A stretch of 64,000 nucleotides of DNA from Candidatus Undinarchaeota archaeon (GCA_964636545.1 CAZWSR010000001.1:1-64000), one strand, 5' to 3'; numbered from the stretch's first letter, positions 26,638 through 37,122 are shown. Numbers and translations are program-made. Notes: generated by a model from the sequence alone, not told the origin.

Positions 26638-27336
26638 ATGAAAGTAAACTTTGTGTTTTCAGAAATTTATGAAATGATGATTAGAGCAGCTGAGAAAGGA
26701 GTTTATTTGAAAGATCCAAAAGAGAATCCAATATTATTAAAATCTGTTTTGAAAGATAAAGAATTGATGGAAGAGTTCAAAACAAAGATTGAACAGCGGT
26801 GGAGAGTATACACAAAGCTGATGATGAAAAGTGTTGAGAAAGTAACTGGTTGGAAATGGTGGGATAACCAAGATTGCTATGTTGTGAAGGAAATGAATAC
26901 TGTTGCTGGTTTTTCAGACCCATTGACAATACGCTATATGAAGGATCTTGATAATGCTGTTGGATTATTATTTCACGAGATGCTTCATTTGCTGATTGCT
27001 AAGAATGTTCCAGAGGATAGTGAGGTTGTTAAATTACTGGAGGAGAAATTTGAAAGCAAGACACCAATAGTACAATTTCACATATTACCAGCACTAATAT
27101 TTAGAGCAGTTAAGAACGATATGAAATTTAGTGAGTATTTTGAGAATATTTATGAGGACAATAGAAAATACATGGGAAGACATAGAGAAAGAACTCGCTG
27201 GGATGATGTTTTCCGAAGAGAACGGGGGACTGGTGAATGGGTTGATGGAGCTATGGAAGTTGTTGAAAAAGAAATTTGGAAGAACATTGGAGAAGGAGAT
27301 GTTGCTGAAAGATTGAAATGGTGGTTGGGGGAGTGA
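26638..27336 (+). CDS. HExxH zincin-like putative metallopeptidase
   Basis: GFSDPLTI...LLFHEMLHLLI. Confidence 0.6.
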   Translation: MKVNFVFSEIYEMMIRAAEKGVYLKDPKENPILLKSVLKDKELMEEFKTKIEQRWRVYTKLMMKSVEKVTGWKWWDNQDCYVVKEMNTVAGFSDPLTIRYMKDLDNAVGLLFHEMLHLLIAKNVPEDSEVVKLLEEKFESKTPIVQFHILPALIFRAVKNDMKFSEYFENIYEDNRKYMGRHRERTRWDDVFRRERGTGEWVDGAMEVVEKEIWKNIGEGDVAERLKWWLGE

Positions 27337-27391
27337 AAGTTTAAAAATCCACCGCTAAACATTTATACAAAGCGATTTAATCAAAGTAAAA

Positions 27392-28819
27392 ATGCCTTTA
27401 CTAACAAAATCTAAATATCTTACTGGATTTCAATGCCTGCGCTACTTGTGGGTTAAAGAGCATGAAAAAGAAAAAATACCAAAACCAGATATTGCAACCC
27501 AGTTTAAGTTTGATGAAGGAAACCAAGTTGGAGATCTGGCAAAAAACCTATACCCAGACGGTATTGATATTAAGATTTGGCCTATTAAGAATAACATTAC
27601 ACGAACTGGACAACTATTAGGCGAACAAAGACCATTATTTGAACCTGGCTTCCAGCACGAGAACTGCTACTCTCGTTCAGATATTCTAGTACCGAACCAA
27701 GATGGTTGGGACATTATCGAGGTCAAGAGCGGGACTAAAGTCAAGGAAATTAATCTACAAGATGTTTCTTTTCAAAAATACTGTTTGGAAGGAGCTGGTC
27801 TTCAAATAAAAAACTGCTATCTAATGCATGTTAATAATGAATATGTGCGAAAAGGTGTGATTGACTGCGAGAAACTTTTCAAAAAAGAAAATATTACTGA
27901 AGAAGTTGCAAAAATAATAGAAGAAATACCAGAGAATGCAAAAAGGATGTTGGAAGTTCTATCAGCAGATGAATTTACACCAGTTAAAATTGGAAAACAG
28001 TGTAAAGACCCATACGAATGCCCAGTTGCAGAGTGTTGGGACTTTTTACCAGACAATCACATTTTCCATTTGTACAGAGGAGGAAAGAAGTGCTATGACT
28101 TATTTGAAGAAGGAATCCACACTATTAGTGAAATACCAGAAGAATACAAACTAAATGACAAGCAAGGTATCCAGAAAAAGTGCGAGAAGGCGGGTGAGAC
28201 ACATATTGACAAGGATGGAATTAAAGAATTCCTTGAATTACGGGAATATCCAATACACTATCTTGATTTTGAGACATTTGCAACCGCAGTGCCCTATTTT
28301 GACAACACCAGACCTTATGAAAAGATACCGTTCCAATTTTCACTACATATTGAACAGGAGAATGGAGAAGTTGAGCACAAGTCATTCCTTTACGATGGAG
28401 ATGACGATCCTAGAGAAGAGTTTACAACTGCATTGAGAAACGCGCTTGAGAAAAAAGGAACCATTGTTGCATTTAATGAATCATTTGAAAAAGGAGTTAT
28501 GAAAAAATTAGGTTGGGATGATAGCATTGATGCGCGGTTTGTTGATTTAATTACGCCATTTAGAGCATTCCACTTTTACAATCCAGAGCAAAAAGGGAGT
28601 GCGTCACTTAAAAAAGTTCTGCCAGCAGTTACTGGAAAAAATTATGATGGAATGGGAATCGCAGACGGCGTTACTGCAAGTGTTGAGTTTGTGAATGTGA
28701 CTTACAAAAAAGTTAGTGATGAAAAGAAAGCGCAAGTTCGGAGTGATTTAGAAAAATATTGTGGGTTGGATACTGAAGGCATGTTATGGATTATTCAGAA
28801 ACTAAGAGAAATGATTTGA
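27392..28819 (+). CDS. DUF2779 protein (PD-(D/E)XK nuclease plus RNase H-like domain)
   Basis: LTKSKY..G.QC, DIL..DIIEVKS, YLDFET, PFQFSLH, SLKKVLP, YC.LDT. Confidence 0.85.
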   Translation: MPLLTKSKYLTGFQCLRYLWVKEHEKEKIPKPDIATQFKFDEGNQVGDLAKNLYPDGIDIKIWPIKNNITRTGQLLGEQRPLFEPGFQHENCYSRSDILVPNQDGWDIIEVKSGTKVKEINLQDVSFQKYCLEGAGLQIKNCYLMHVNNEYVRKGVIDCEKLFKKENITEEVAKIIEEIPENAKRMLEVLSADEFTPVKIGKQCKDPYECPVAECWDFLPDNHIFHLYRGGKKCYDLFEEGIHTISEIPEEYKLNDKQGIQKKCEKAGETHIDKDGIKEFLELREYPIHYLDFETFATAVPYFDNTRPYEKIPFQFSLHIEQENGEVEHKSFLYDGDDDPREEFTTALRNALEKKGTIVAFNESFEKGVMKKLGWDDSIDARFVDLITPFRAFHFYNPEQKGSASLKKVLPAVTGKNYDGMGIADGVTASVEFVNVTYKKVSDEKKAQVRSDLEKYCGLDTEGMLWIIQKLREMI

Positions 28820-28823
28820 AAAT

Positions 28824-29561
28824 CTAAGGCATACTAATCGTAGTTGTCCCAGCAATCATTCTTTTTCCAGTTGAATTCACTTTCAAAGGATCACCAGTTG
28901 AACAAGCTGTACTGCTTTCAAATAAATAAATTCCAGCACCTTCTTCAGTAAAACTTGGAGTAATATCACTGCCATCATATTCTATATTGAAATCACCAAG
29001 AACTAGTCCAACAACTGGCTCGTCATATTCTTTCAGCACCCTAGCACGGAAATTCAAGACATTTGGGCCTGCAGTGCAAGTAACAATTTGTGTAATTGCA
29101 ACCTGGATATCGCGGACTGCGAAAAATCTTGAAGTGATTTGCGAATTAACGCCCTTGAGAGTAATATTAACTGTTGCATTCATGTGTGTAGCATTTCCAC
29201 GAACTCTTGCTGACGCAATATTAGCGGAAATATGTCGTTCAGCAGTTAAATTAGCAACAAAGCCGTCAAAATACGTGAGATTCGCATCTAATGCATCATT
29301 CGCATTTGCCCCAGAGGTTCTGGAAACATTTGAAAGTGTGACTTCAACAATATTATTATACTCATCCTGAATATTTTGAATTAAATAAGTGAAATCAGCA
29401 ACTTCAACACTGGCGTAATCTGGTTCATTTGTTTTGATTACATTGAAATAAATGAAATAGACAGCGAGAATTATAATTACTGCGCTAGCTATGAAAAATT
29501 GCGCCTTCTTGTGCCTGAGGGCTGATGGCTGATACCTGATACCTTTCACTTTACTTGCCAT
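28824..29561 (-). CDS. Pilin-like protein (class III signal peptide)
   Basis: KKAQ|FFIASAVIIILAVYF; leader derived from a heptamer array. Confidence 0.75.
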   Translation of the reverse strand: MASKVKGIRYQPSALRHKKAQFFIASAVIIILAVYFIYFNVIKTNEPDYASVEVADFTYLIQNIQDEYNNIVEVTLSNVSRTSGANANDALDANLTYFDGFVANLTAERHISANIASARVRGNATHMNATVNITLKGVNSQITSRFFAVRDIQVAITQIVTCTAGPNVLNFRARVLKEYDEPVVGLVLGDFNIEYDGSDITPSFTEEGAGIYLFESSTACSTGDPLKVNSTGKRMIAGTTTISMP

Positions 29562-30055
29562 AATTCTAATTTCAAAGCGCACGCACTTGAATCACTGCAA
29601 TAGATGCCTCCGTCACCTGCTATAATATAATAGACAGAAACAATATCGCGGTTTAGTGGCTGAACAATTGCACCTGTTTTGAATTTCGGATCCCCAGCTG
29701 GATAAGTATCATTTGCATTATAGAAATACAAAGAATACCCAACCCCAGAACCAAGAGTGCTGTTCAAGTATGCTCCAACACTTGCCCAGTTGCTTGTGTT
29801 AACGGCAGTTCGCAAATCAGTGAAATCATCTGAATCTGAATCAACTAAATCATATGAACGCAATGCATCTTCACCAATTTGCTGAAGTAGATATTTGTCT
29901 GTTTCTGGACGAGATGATTTTGAACGATTCTCGAAATTGTTTATGAAAAGGAAAAATGAAAACACAAGTGTGGCAGCAAGAGCAATTTCAATGATCCTTA
30001 ACCATCCTTTATTGTTCCTGAGGGCTGAGGACTGAGGGCTGACACCTGTTCTCAT
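29546..30055 (-). CDS. Pilin-like protein (class III signal peptide)
   Basis: NKG|WLRIIEIALAATLVFSFF; ATGA coupling; heptamer-derived leader. Confidence 0.75.
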   Translation of the reverse strand: MRTGVSPQSSALRNNKGWLRIIEIALAATLVFSFFLFINNFENRSKSSRPETDKYLLQQIGEDALRSYDLVDSDSDDFTDLRTAVNTSNWASVGAYLNSTLGSGVGYSLYFYNANDTYPAGDPKFKTGAIVQPLNRDIVSVYYIIAGDGGIYCSDSSACALKLELWQVK

Positions 30056-30591
30056 TTCCAAACCTCCAAAGTTACATTAGCGAATCCAGTGTTGTCAACT
30101 GAAAGCACGCGCTTCAAAACATAAACACTTGAACTTGAGCCAGGTAGTGTGTTGTTAATATCTAAGAATACAGTTCCGTTGTCTGCTCTTAGTCTAAAAC
30201 TAGTATCATTTCCTAAACCAAGCTGATGCGCGATTGTACTGTAAGAAATTGAATTAACATAATCAATTTTTGTTGAATTCAGTTGCCCAAGAATAGATTT
30301 ATTTGAATAAGAATTATGGTGCAAAAGACCAACGCGCTCAACATTTGATGAAGTCCAATCAGATGGCCAGCCAGTATCCTCAATCAAAAGACGACTTATT
30401 ACAGCAGCCTGTGGTTCAAGTGAATTCATTTCAGCATCGTGTTTTATTGTTGGTAATAAATCCAAAACCCAAGTTGTTGCACTAATGATAAGAACAATCA
30501 GCAGTAGAACCGCGATTATGAAGCCGAGATTAAGTTGTCCCTTTTTGTTAGGAATTTGGAATTTGGAATTTGGAATTTGGAATCTTAGCAT
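30052..30591 (-). CDS. Pilin-like protein (class III signal peptide)
   Basis: KKG|QLNLGFIIAVLLLIVLII; G.P.DW motif; GGAGG SD; leader FQIPNSKFQIPN. Confidence 0.8.
   Translation of the reverse strand: MLRFQIPNSKFQIPNKKGQLNLGFIIAVLLLIVLIISATTWVLDLLPTIKHDAEMNSLEPQAAVISRLLIEDTGWPSDWTSSNVERVGLLHHNSYSNKSILGQLNSTKIDYVNSISYSTIAHQLGLGNDTSFRLRADNGTVFLDINNTLPGSSSSVYVLKRVLSVDNTGFANVTLEVWK
30551..30585. repeat. Tandem heptamer (GGAATTT)4 plus one variant, in the prepilin leader
   Basis: Four perfect GGAATTT units then GGAATCT. Confidence 0.9.
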
Positions 30592-30637
30592 ATTAGTATC
30601 CCTCCACACTGCCTACTACCCACTGCCCACCGCCTTT

Positions 30638-31522
30638 CTAAAATATGAACAACCATGATACAAACACTCCCACAATTACGAAAAGCGCACTGTGCTTCAA
30701 GCCCATGACTGGAGAGCCCTCAGCAATTTGCCCTGCAATCATTCCATTAAAGAATCCCTGTATCAAAATCATTGAAAAGAACAGGTTCCTGTAATAATTC
30801 ACAATAATTGTCGGGTCTTCTGTAGCAAGTGCGAATCCTTTTGAGTAAATGAGTGGCATCATAAGCTTCTGCAAGGCAACAACAATTGCCATAAACAAGA
30901 AGAAAATTGCGTAAATTATCACTGCCTGTTGTTTTAATTTGGATTTCCTTTCTTCTTCAGCCTCTTTTATCATTCGAGCATCATTTGCAACAGCATCCAG
31001 TGTTTCAATAAGGGCTCCTCCGCTCTCCTGTGCCTCAATTATGATAGCAATTGACCGCTGAATAAACGGACTGTTGGAACGTTTTGAGAACCGTGCAAGA
31101 ACTTCGTGGAATGGAACTCCCCAAGAAATCTGGTTTGCCATTTTCTTAAGCTCTTTTGAAAGCTTTCCATAATCAATTTGCGCACTTTTGTACAAGGCCT
31201 GAGGCAAAGTCATTCCAGTTTTACGAGATTCTGCAATATCACGAAGAAAAGATGGCAGATTTTTCTCCATATCAACAATTGCTTTTTTCTGGAAATAGGA
31301 AAAGAAGGAATATGGAACAAATGCAACTGTCAGCGCTATTCCAATACCAAAACCCATCATGTCAGCTGGCCCGAACAGTATAATCATCAAAAATACAAGT
31401 GCAGAACTGCACCCAGAAAGCATTAAAACCGCGTACTTTTTCTCCATGCCTAACAATAACTCTCCTTTATCAATTGGGCCTTCCCCAGGCTTCTTTTTTC
31501 CAAACGGCATTTTCATTTTCAT
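30638..31522 (-). CDS. Type IV pilus platform protein (TadC/FlaJ-like, T2SS-F)
   Basis: LPSFLRDIAES.KTGMTL..AL, YG.LS.E, SWG, ESGG. Confidence 0.9.
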   Translation of the reverse strand: MKMKMPFGKKKPGEGPIDKGELLLGMEKKYAVLMLSGCSSALVFLMIILFGPADMMGFGIGIALTVAFVPYSFFSYFQKKAIVDMEKNLPSFLRDIAESRKTGMTLPQALYKSAQIDYGKLSKELKKMANQISWGVPFHEVLARFSKRSNSPFIQRSIAIIIEAQESGGALIETLDAVANDARMIKEAEEERKSKLKQQAVIIYAIFFLFMAIVVALQKLMMPLIYSKGFALATEDPTIIVNYYRNLFFSMILIQGFFNGMIAGQIAEGSPVMGLKHSALFVIVGVFVSWLFIF

Positions 31523-32394
31523 TTTGATAGTGGCGACATCACTCGTAAGAGTACAATGAATACAATAGATGCAACTGGAAGCAGAACATACACAACAAGA
31601 GTTTGTGTGTTTTTCAGAGTCCCGAAACCAGAAATAGCACCCATGATAGTCATCATGACAATCGTGAATATCGAGCCGACAATTATGACTGTAATATAGA
31701 TTTCAACATACATGCTGACATCAGCAGTGAAATCATCAAGTTTTCTACGGTAAGAATTCATTAACTGACTTGCTTTTGTCTCAAGTAATGCTTTCAGATT
31801 ACCACCTTGGACAATTGCAGTTATCATTCCCCACAAAAGATCCTTAAAATTCTCAGATGGAGTATCGCGCGCAGCTCGTCTGAGCGCTTTTTCAATGTCT
31901 TCGCCCATCACTTCAATTTCTTCATTAATCTTTCCAGCTTCAACAGAGACTTCTCCATATTCTTTGAATTCACTAAGGAATTTGAAAATCATGTAAGGTG
32001 GCGCGCCAGTTCCAGCAATTGTGTTCATGTAAAGGCACGCGAATGGTAAATTATTATCAATATTTCGTTCTCGCTCTTTTGCTTTAGTTGCAGGGAATTC
32101 AATTGCAACAACAAAAGTTCCAGCAGTTAGTAAAATTGAAGCAAATACTGCGGAAATTATTGGTGCAGGAACACCAAGAATTATGAAAAAGAAAGTCAAA
32201 ATCAATAGCCAGGCAGGCAGTGCTAATGCTGTGCTCAAAAGACAAACACTAAGATACTCGCGGAGCATCATTTTGATTCCAGCTTTCTTCAAATCCTGTT
32301 TAACCCAAGTGAATTTCTCAAGATGCTTGTCCACAAGCGAATTGAAAAGACGCGCAGAAAGCTGCGAGTACTCTTTTTTTATTTCCATTTTCAA
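31519..32394 (-). CDS. Type IV pilus platform protein (TadC/FlaJ-like, T2SS-F)
   Basis: LKKAGI, IDNNLPFA, YGEVS.E, TPS..F..LL.G..GG.L. Confidence 0.9.
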   Translation of the reverse strand: MKMEIKKEYSQLSARLFNSLVDKHLEKFTWVKQDLKKAGIKMMLREYLSVCLLSTALALPAWLLILTFFFIILGVPAPIISAVFASILLTAGTFVVAIEFPATKAKERERNIDNNLPFACLYMNTIAGTGAPPYMIFKFLSEFKEYGEVSVEAGKINEEIEVMGEDIEKALRRAARDTPSENFKDLLWGMITAIVQGGNLKALLETKASQLMNSYRRKLDDFTADVSMYVEIYITVIIVGSIFTIVMMTIMGAISGFGTLKNTQTLVVYVLLPVASIVFIVLLRVMSPLSK

Positions 32395-34469
32395 GTTATG
32401 CGGTCAAGTACCGCGTCTGGACTCTGGTAATATTCGCTCACCACTTTCCCAACATTCTTGAAGTCGCGTATTCCAGAGTTCACGAGCCATTCTATGACTT
32501 TGACTCGGCGATTTATTTCACTGAAGATTCCCTCAGGATTTGTGCCAAGCTTTTCCATTATGTCCTTGAGCACGCCACTCTTTCCATTGTAACTGAACTT
32601 GTCATCAACAGGATCCCAGGAATATGCCTTGTTGACAAACGGTCTGTCTGCCTGAACATCAAAACCAGTAACTTCAACTGTGTCTTTAATTCGACGCACA
32701 TATTTTCCCTGTCTTCTCTGCCTTGTCATTACAAGCAAAATATTCAAGTGTTGGATCAAACTGGCAGGCAGTTCAATTGGGGGCGTTGTTAATCTGTTGA
32801 TAACAGCTTCCATAGATTCTGCGTGAATTGTACTGATACCAGGATGGCCTGTTGCAATCTGTTGGAACAAAACATACGCTTCCTTACCACGCACCTCTCC
32901 TACAATTATCTCATCAGGTCTTTGACGCAAGGATGCTTTAAGCAAGTCAAACAAGGAAATTTCTCCAAGCTTTTTGCCAGAAGCACCTTCTGGCCCGAAA
33001 CCAGTACGCGCAACCTGAGAAATCCAGTTCTCGTGAGGTAATCGCAACTCAGGCGTATCCTCAATTGAAACAATCTTGAGTTCTGGACGAATGAATAATG
33101 AAAGTGCATTAAGCAAAGTTGTTTTTCCAGAAGCTGTTGGACCTGCAATCAAGAAAGATTTATTGTGTTCTACAGCTAGCCAAATGTATGCAAGCATTTC
33201 AGCACTGATTGTGCCGTACTTGACAAGATCAACAAACGTAAGTGGATCCTTTGTAAATTTTCGGATTGTGAAATTGGAACCCTTCATTGAGATCCCAGTT
33301 CCGAATGTTGCTTGGATACGGGAACCGTCTGGAAGAGCGCCATCAAGCAGTGGGTCAGCAACTGAAATTGAACGACCGCACCTTTGCGCAAGCTTCATTA
33401 CAAATGAGTTAAGGTCTTCTTCTTTTGGGAAGTTCACAGTGCTTCTAATTGAACCAAGGCGAGGATCGCGGTGATAAACATAGATTGGAATTTCAGTACC
33501 GTCGCAGGAAATATCCTCAATATTTGGATCTTGGAACATTGGATTAACTGAAGCAAGACCAACAAAATCGCGTTGGATATAATAATCCATAACTTCGCGA
33601 GCGCGAGGAGTCATTTTCATTGCATAATATTCAATTACATTATTGACTTTGTCAGCCAAATATTTTTGAGCATTTGTTTTTTTCAATGCGGAAAAATCAA
33701 CTTCAAGTTCTTCAACAAGAGTGTTTTCTATTTTAGTGAGCTGTTTCTGTTCTTCTTCATTTAGTTCTGGCTCAATAACTCGATACAGCAAACCGTGCAT
33801 TGTTGGGTCGTATCGAATATTTGCATAAACATGGACACGACCGTGATCGTAAATTAATGGGTAAGTGATGTTTGTTTTAGTTAAATCCTCGCCAACTTCA
33901 AAACCCTTGATTTTGGAATGCTCTAATTTTCCTTTGACTTGAGCAGGCATTGGCATTGAAACATCTGGAGAACCGTCCTGTGTTTTTTCAGGCAAAGGAG
34001 CAGTAGGCGTTTTCTTGTGATAGTGCGCCTTGCTTGAATCTGTTTTGTTAAGCTCAGAAGCCAGAACCTCAAAAATAAGATCATGTAATTCATCAAGAGA
34101 AACCCCTTTTTCATGCTCTTCAATTGCTTCTTCAACAATCTTTGTCAAGGCCTCGGCGGTTATTTTTCCATTTTGTTTGTTCTCAATGGCGTTTCTGATA
34201 ATAGTTCCAAGAACATTTTTTGCAGCAGGGTCTGGATGCTCTTCAACAACTTGATTTAGTTTCTTGCTTAATTTTTCTGGAACTCCTTCTTTTGCTAAGT
34301 CTGGATGGATGTTAGTGGAAGAGTGTGGAGTTTGGAGTTTGGAGTTTGGAGTTTTAATTGATACTTCTTTCCCTGGGACAATGTGTGCTTTGCTCAAAAT
34401 TTCAGAATCTTCATTCTCCTTAGCAGCTTTGGCAGCGATTTTCATGAAGTTTTTGAATTTTCTATTCAT
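32391..34469 (-). CDS. Type IV pilus assembly ATPase (FlaI/TadA/VirB11 family)
   Basis: DPNIEDISCDG, GPTASGKTT, SIEDTPEL, LRQRPD.IIVGEVRG, TGH; (GGAGTTT)4 at 34327-34354 in the N-terminal extension. Confidence 0.95.
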   Translation of the reverse strand: MNRKFKNFMKIAAKAAKENEDSEILSKAHIVPGKEVSIKTPNSKLQTPHSSTNIHPDLAKEGVPEKLSKKLNQVVEEHPDPAAKNVLGTIIRNAIENKQNGKITAEALTKIVEEAIEEHEKGVSLDELHDLIFEVLASELNKTDSSKAHYHKKTPTAPLPEKTQDGSPDVSMPMPAQVKGKLEHSKIKGFEVGEDLTKTNITYPLIYDHGRVHVYANIRYDPTMHGLLYRVIEPELNEEEQKQLTKIENTLVEELEVDFSALKKTNAQKYLADKVNNVIEYYAMKMTPRAREVMDYYIQRDFVGLASVNPMFQDPNIEDISCDGTEIPIYVYHRDPRLGSIRSTVNFPKEEDLNSFVMKLAQRCGRSISVADPLLDGALPDGSRIQATFGTGISMKGSNFTIRKFTKDPLTFVDLVKYGTISAEMLAYIWLAVEHNKSFLIAGPTASGKTTLLNALSLFIRPELKIVSIEDTPELRLPHENWISQVARTGFGPEGASGKKLGEISLFDLLKASLRQRPDEIIVGEVRGKEAYVLFQQIATGHPGISTIHAESMEAVINRLTTPPIELPASLIQHLNILLVMTRQRRQGKYVRRIKDTVEVTGFDVQADRPFVNKAYSWDPVDDKFSYNGKSGVLKDIMEKLGTNPEGIFSEINRRVKVIEWLVNSGIRDFKNVGKVVSEYYQSPDAVLDRIT

Positions 34470-34906
34470 ATTGTTGTGAAGGTTACACTCCTATCTGTTG
34501 AATTGAAATAAGCTCGTGATTTTCCAGTAGATTGTGAGCTTATGTTACCGAGTACTGTGATGTTGCTCTGTGTGAGCATGACTGACTGGTTCAGATTGCC
34601 TGCAAAGTCCTCAACGCGGATGTGCGTTGTGTTGAATCGCACTACATAGTTTTCTCCAGCAATCTCATGTGGGATTGTGAAGGATATGTAGCCGAAATCA
34701 GCTGTACGCATATTCTCCTGTGCAGTTGCAATTACTGCATGGATTTGTTGAGCAACTGCTTCAAATTGCGGTGTAGCAGCATATTCAACTGTGTCTTGCC
34801 TTAACTGTGAGAATGTCACTACTACAGTTATCAATATAAGGACCCCGAAAACCATTATGAAGACTTGCTCCATCACAGTAGCCGAGCCCTTGCAGTTTCT
34901 CATCAA
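34466..34906 (-). CDS. Pilin-like protein
   Basis: KG|SATVMEQVFIMVFGVLILI; P..IAG..Y motif. Confidence 0.75.
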   Translation of the reverse strand: MMRNCKGSATVMEQVFIMVFGVLILITVVVTFSQLRQDTVEYAATPQFEAVAQQIHAVIATAQENMRTADFGYISFTIPHEIAGENYVVRFNTTHIRVEDFAGNLNQSVMLTQSNITVLGNISSQSTGKSRAYFNSTDRSVTFTTI

Positions 34907-34951
34907 ATTGGCATAATTCTCAGGAGTATAAAAGTATTCGTGTAGTGTGAT

Positions 34952-35629
34952 TTAAGGGTCAAAAATCAGTGCAATATCGTGTGTCCAGCGAGAATTTGTT
35001 GAATCATAACTGGAACCGTCATTTCTAATCATTAAATTATGAGTTCCTTCACCAATCCCAGTTGTATTTTGCTCAATTGTAGAGGAACCGAGCTTGATTA
35101 TGTGATGCTCACCAGTGTCCATGTCCTTGAGATTTCGGAAAGAAACAAGATATTGGGTTAAATACTTGCCTGTTTCACCAACACTTGCTGATTTTGCAAA
35201 CAAAATTCCAGGATAACTTACTCCAACACCGCCAACAGTACATAAATCACCTGTTTCATTTTCAAATGGATCATTAAGAGCCCAAGTAGTTGTGTCAACA
35301 ACTTCGGTTTTGGTTTCTATTTCGTAAATTAAACCATTATCGCGACGCTCCTGACCGCAGGAAACAGGTATGAAGCTGTTGTCCAAGTATAATTTTCCAG
35401 AATCAATGTTTATTGAAACAACACGAGTTGAATTTGGACCGTCTTGTGAAACAGAAACTATTGCATCGCGGAGTTCAAGCATTTTTGTTTTCATGCGCAC
35501 TGCAGAATATTCATCCCGCCGTTCTCCAAGAACTCTGTCGCCCCAGACATAAGCCCCAAGAACAAGAACAATAACTATGAATGCAACTAGAATGAATCCG
35601 ATGATTTCAGATTGTGCTTTCCTGTTCAT
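34952..35629 (-). CDS. Pilin-like protein
   Basis: RKA|QSEIIGFILVAFIVIVLV..AY.WG. Confidence 0.85.
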   Translation of the reverse strand: MNRKAQSEIIGFILVAFIVIVLVLGAYVWGDRVLGERRDEYSAVRMKTKMLELRDAIVSVSQDGPNSTRVVSINIDSGKLYLDNSFIPVSCGQERRDNGLIYEIETKTEVVDTTTWALNDPFENETGDLCTVGGVGVSYPGILFAKSASVGETGKYLTQYLVSFRNLKDMDTGEHHIIKLGSSTIEQNTTGIGEGTHNLMIRNDGSSYDSTNSRWTHDIALIFDP

Positions 35630-36276
35630 GATGTACTTACCAAAACTTGTGTGTATTCTGCAGTTCCAACAAGGACAGCGCCTTGTGATTCTACGCGTAA
35701 TTGGTGACTGCCTGCTGAAAGAATAAGAGGATCTTCAACTCCTCCTGTGCTGACATTTATTAGGAAGGTGCTTGAAGAGGCGCTTTGGTTCAATGTTCTG
35801 AACCACAACGCATATTGATTTTCGAATGTGTCAGTGCCTTCAGAATGTTTTATAATTATGATTCCAGAACTGCTATTTTCAGATGGAGCTGTGCAGAGCA
35901 TATTTTTGTTGTCAGTGTCAGATAAAGTCCATGAAGTTGGCTCAACAAATTCTTTTTCACTTGAAAATGAGTAAATAATCATATTTGAATCTGGGTCAGT
36001 GCCTGAGCATGGCTCGCCAGGAACTAGTTTGAGGGTTCCGTGTTTTAGTGAAATATCAACAAAACGAGCGCTTGTGTTTCCTGAATTCGCAACTTCAGTT
36101 ATTTTCTGTCGCAGTTCCAAAAGTTTTGAAGTCATTGTATCAGATTCTGTTCGCATACTCTGCGCATCAACTAAATTAGAGCCCCAAGTATAAGCAAACA
36201 TTGAAAGCGCAAGGAAAATGAGCAAAATGATTATTTTTGATAAAACTTCTGACTCAGCTTTTCGAGATATACCCAT
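35626..36276 (-). CDS. Pilin-like protein, paralogue of 34952-35629
   Basis: RKA|ESEVLSKIIILLIFL..AYTWG; shared K.LELR..I..V motif. Confidence 0.85.
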   Translation of the reverse strand: MGISRKAESEVLSKIIILLIFLALSMFAYTWGSNLVDAQSMRTESDTMTSKLLELRQKITEVANSGNTSARFVDISLKHGTLKLVPGEPCSGTDPDSNMIIYSFSSEKEFVEPTSWTLSDTDNKNMLCTAPSENSSSGIIIIKHSEGTDTFENQYALWFRTLNQSASSSTFLINVSTGGVEDPLILSAGSHQLRVESQGAVLVGTAEYTQVLVSTS

Positions 36277-36325
36277 GGTTGAGTGGTAAGATTGAGATAG
36301 TTATAAGGTTTTAGAAATCTAAAAA

Positions 36326-36390
36326 GGCACTGGGGAGTAGGCACTAGGCAGTGGGTAAGACCTACTGCCCACTACCTACTACCTACTGCC
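36326..36390. repeat. Heptamer palindromic array (GGCASTR)n / (CCTACTR)n
   Basis: GGCACTG GGGAGTA GGCACTA GGCAGTG GG-TAAGA-CCTACTG CCCACTA CCTACTA CCTACTG CC. Confidence 0.85.
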
Positions 36391-36411
36391 TTTCAAAAAT
36401 ATAACCAGAGA

Positions 36412-36918
36412 TTATCCACCAATACAATTACCAGTAGAACAAGTGAATGTAAATATTTTCTCAACACTTGCATCATCTGAAACAACCTTGACAGTTCTTG
36501 AGGTTTCGTTGAAGAAGTTGCATCCGTCTGTTGCATTTACAGCAAATGTGACCATTTCTCCAGCAGCAATTCGAGAGTATGTGGAGTTAGTACCTCCGGT
36601 ACTATTTACAAAGTATTGATCATCAACGAATATGCGCGCATTCGATGTGGCTTGCTGACCAGAGTTTCTAACATAGAAAGTTGTTAAGTTAGATGCTGTT
36701 GTACAATTCATGAAATAACCATCAACCTTGAGCTCGATGCTAAGGCCACCAAGGAGCTCGTCAGTTCGGTTTTCAGTAGAAGTTGTGATACTGCCTTGCA
36801 TTTTTTGAAGCCAAGAATAAGCAAGACCAGCAATTGCGATTGTCATCATAAGAAGTAGGATAACTGAAATGATAGGCGTTATGCCCTTTCTGTTGTTTAG
36901 CATTTTCTTAGACTTCAT
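36412..36918 (-). CDS. Archaeal type IV pilin (probable major pilin)
   Basis: RKG|ITPIISVILLLMMTIAIAGLAYSW; YVRNSG; many N-x-S/T sites. Confidence 0.92.
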   Translation of the reverse strand: MKSKKMLNNRKGITPIISVILLLMMTIAIAGLAYSWLQKMQGSITTSTENRTDELLGGLSIELKVDGYFMNCTTASNLTTFYVRNSGQQATSNARIFVDDQYFVNSTGGTNSTYSRIAAGEMVTFAVNATDGCNFFNETSRTVKVVSDDASVEKIFTFTCSTGNCIGG

Positions 36919-37121
36919 TTATGAGTCTCCATAAATTCAATAATGTGTTCAAGGACATAAAGTATTGCAAGCATGATTATTATTTGAATTGAGCCAACGA
37001 AAATAACACCCATTTGATAATTGCCTGTTTGTCTGGCGATTAGTGCAACTATTAATCCAAATATGAATGCAAGTATGATTACAGCTTGAATTACGAGTTT
37101 GTGTTTTTTTCTAGTTGTCAT
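36915..37121 (-). CDS. Small two-TM membrane protein
   Basis: Two hydrophobic helices; translationally coupled to the pilin. Confidence 0.7.
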   Translation of the reverse strand: MTTRKKHKLVIQAVIILAFIFGLIVALIARQTGNYQMGVIFVGSIQIIIMLAILYVLEHIIEFMETHK

Positions 37122-37122
37122 T

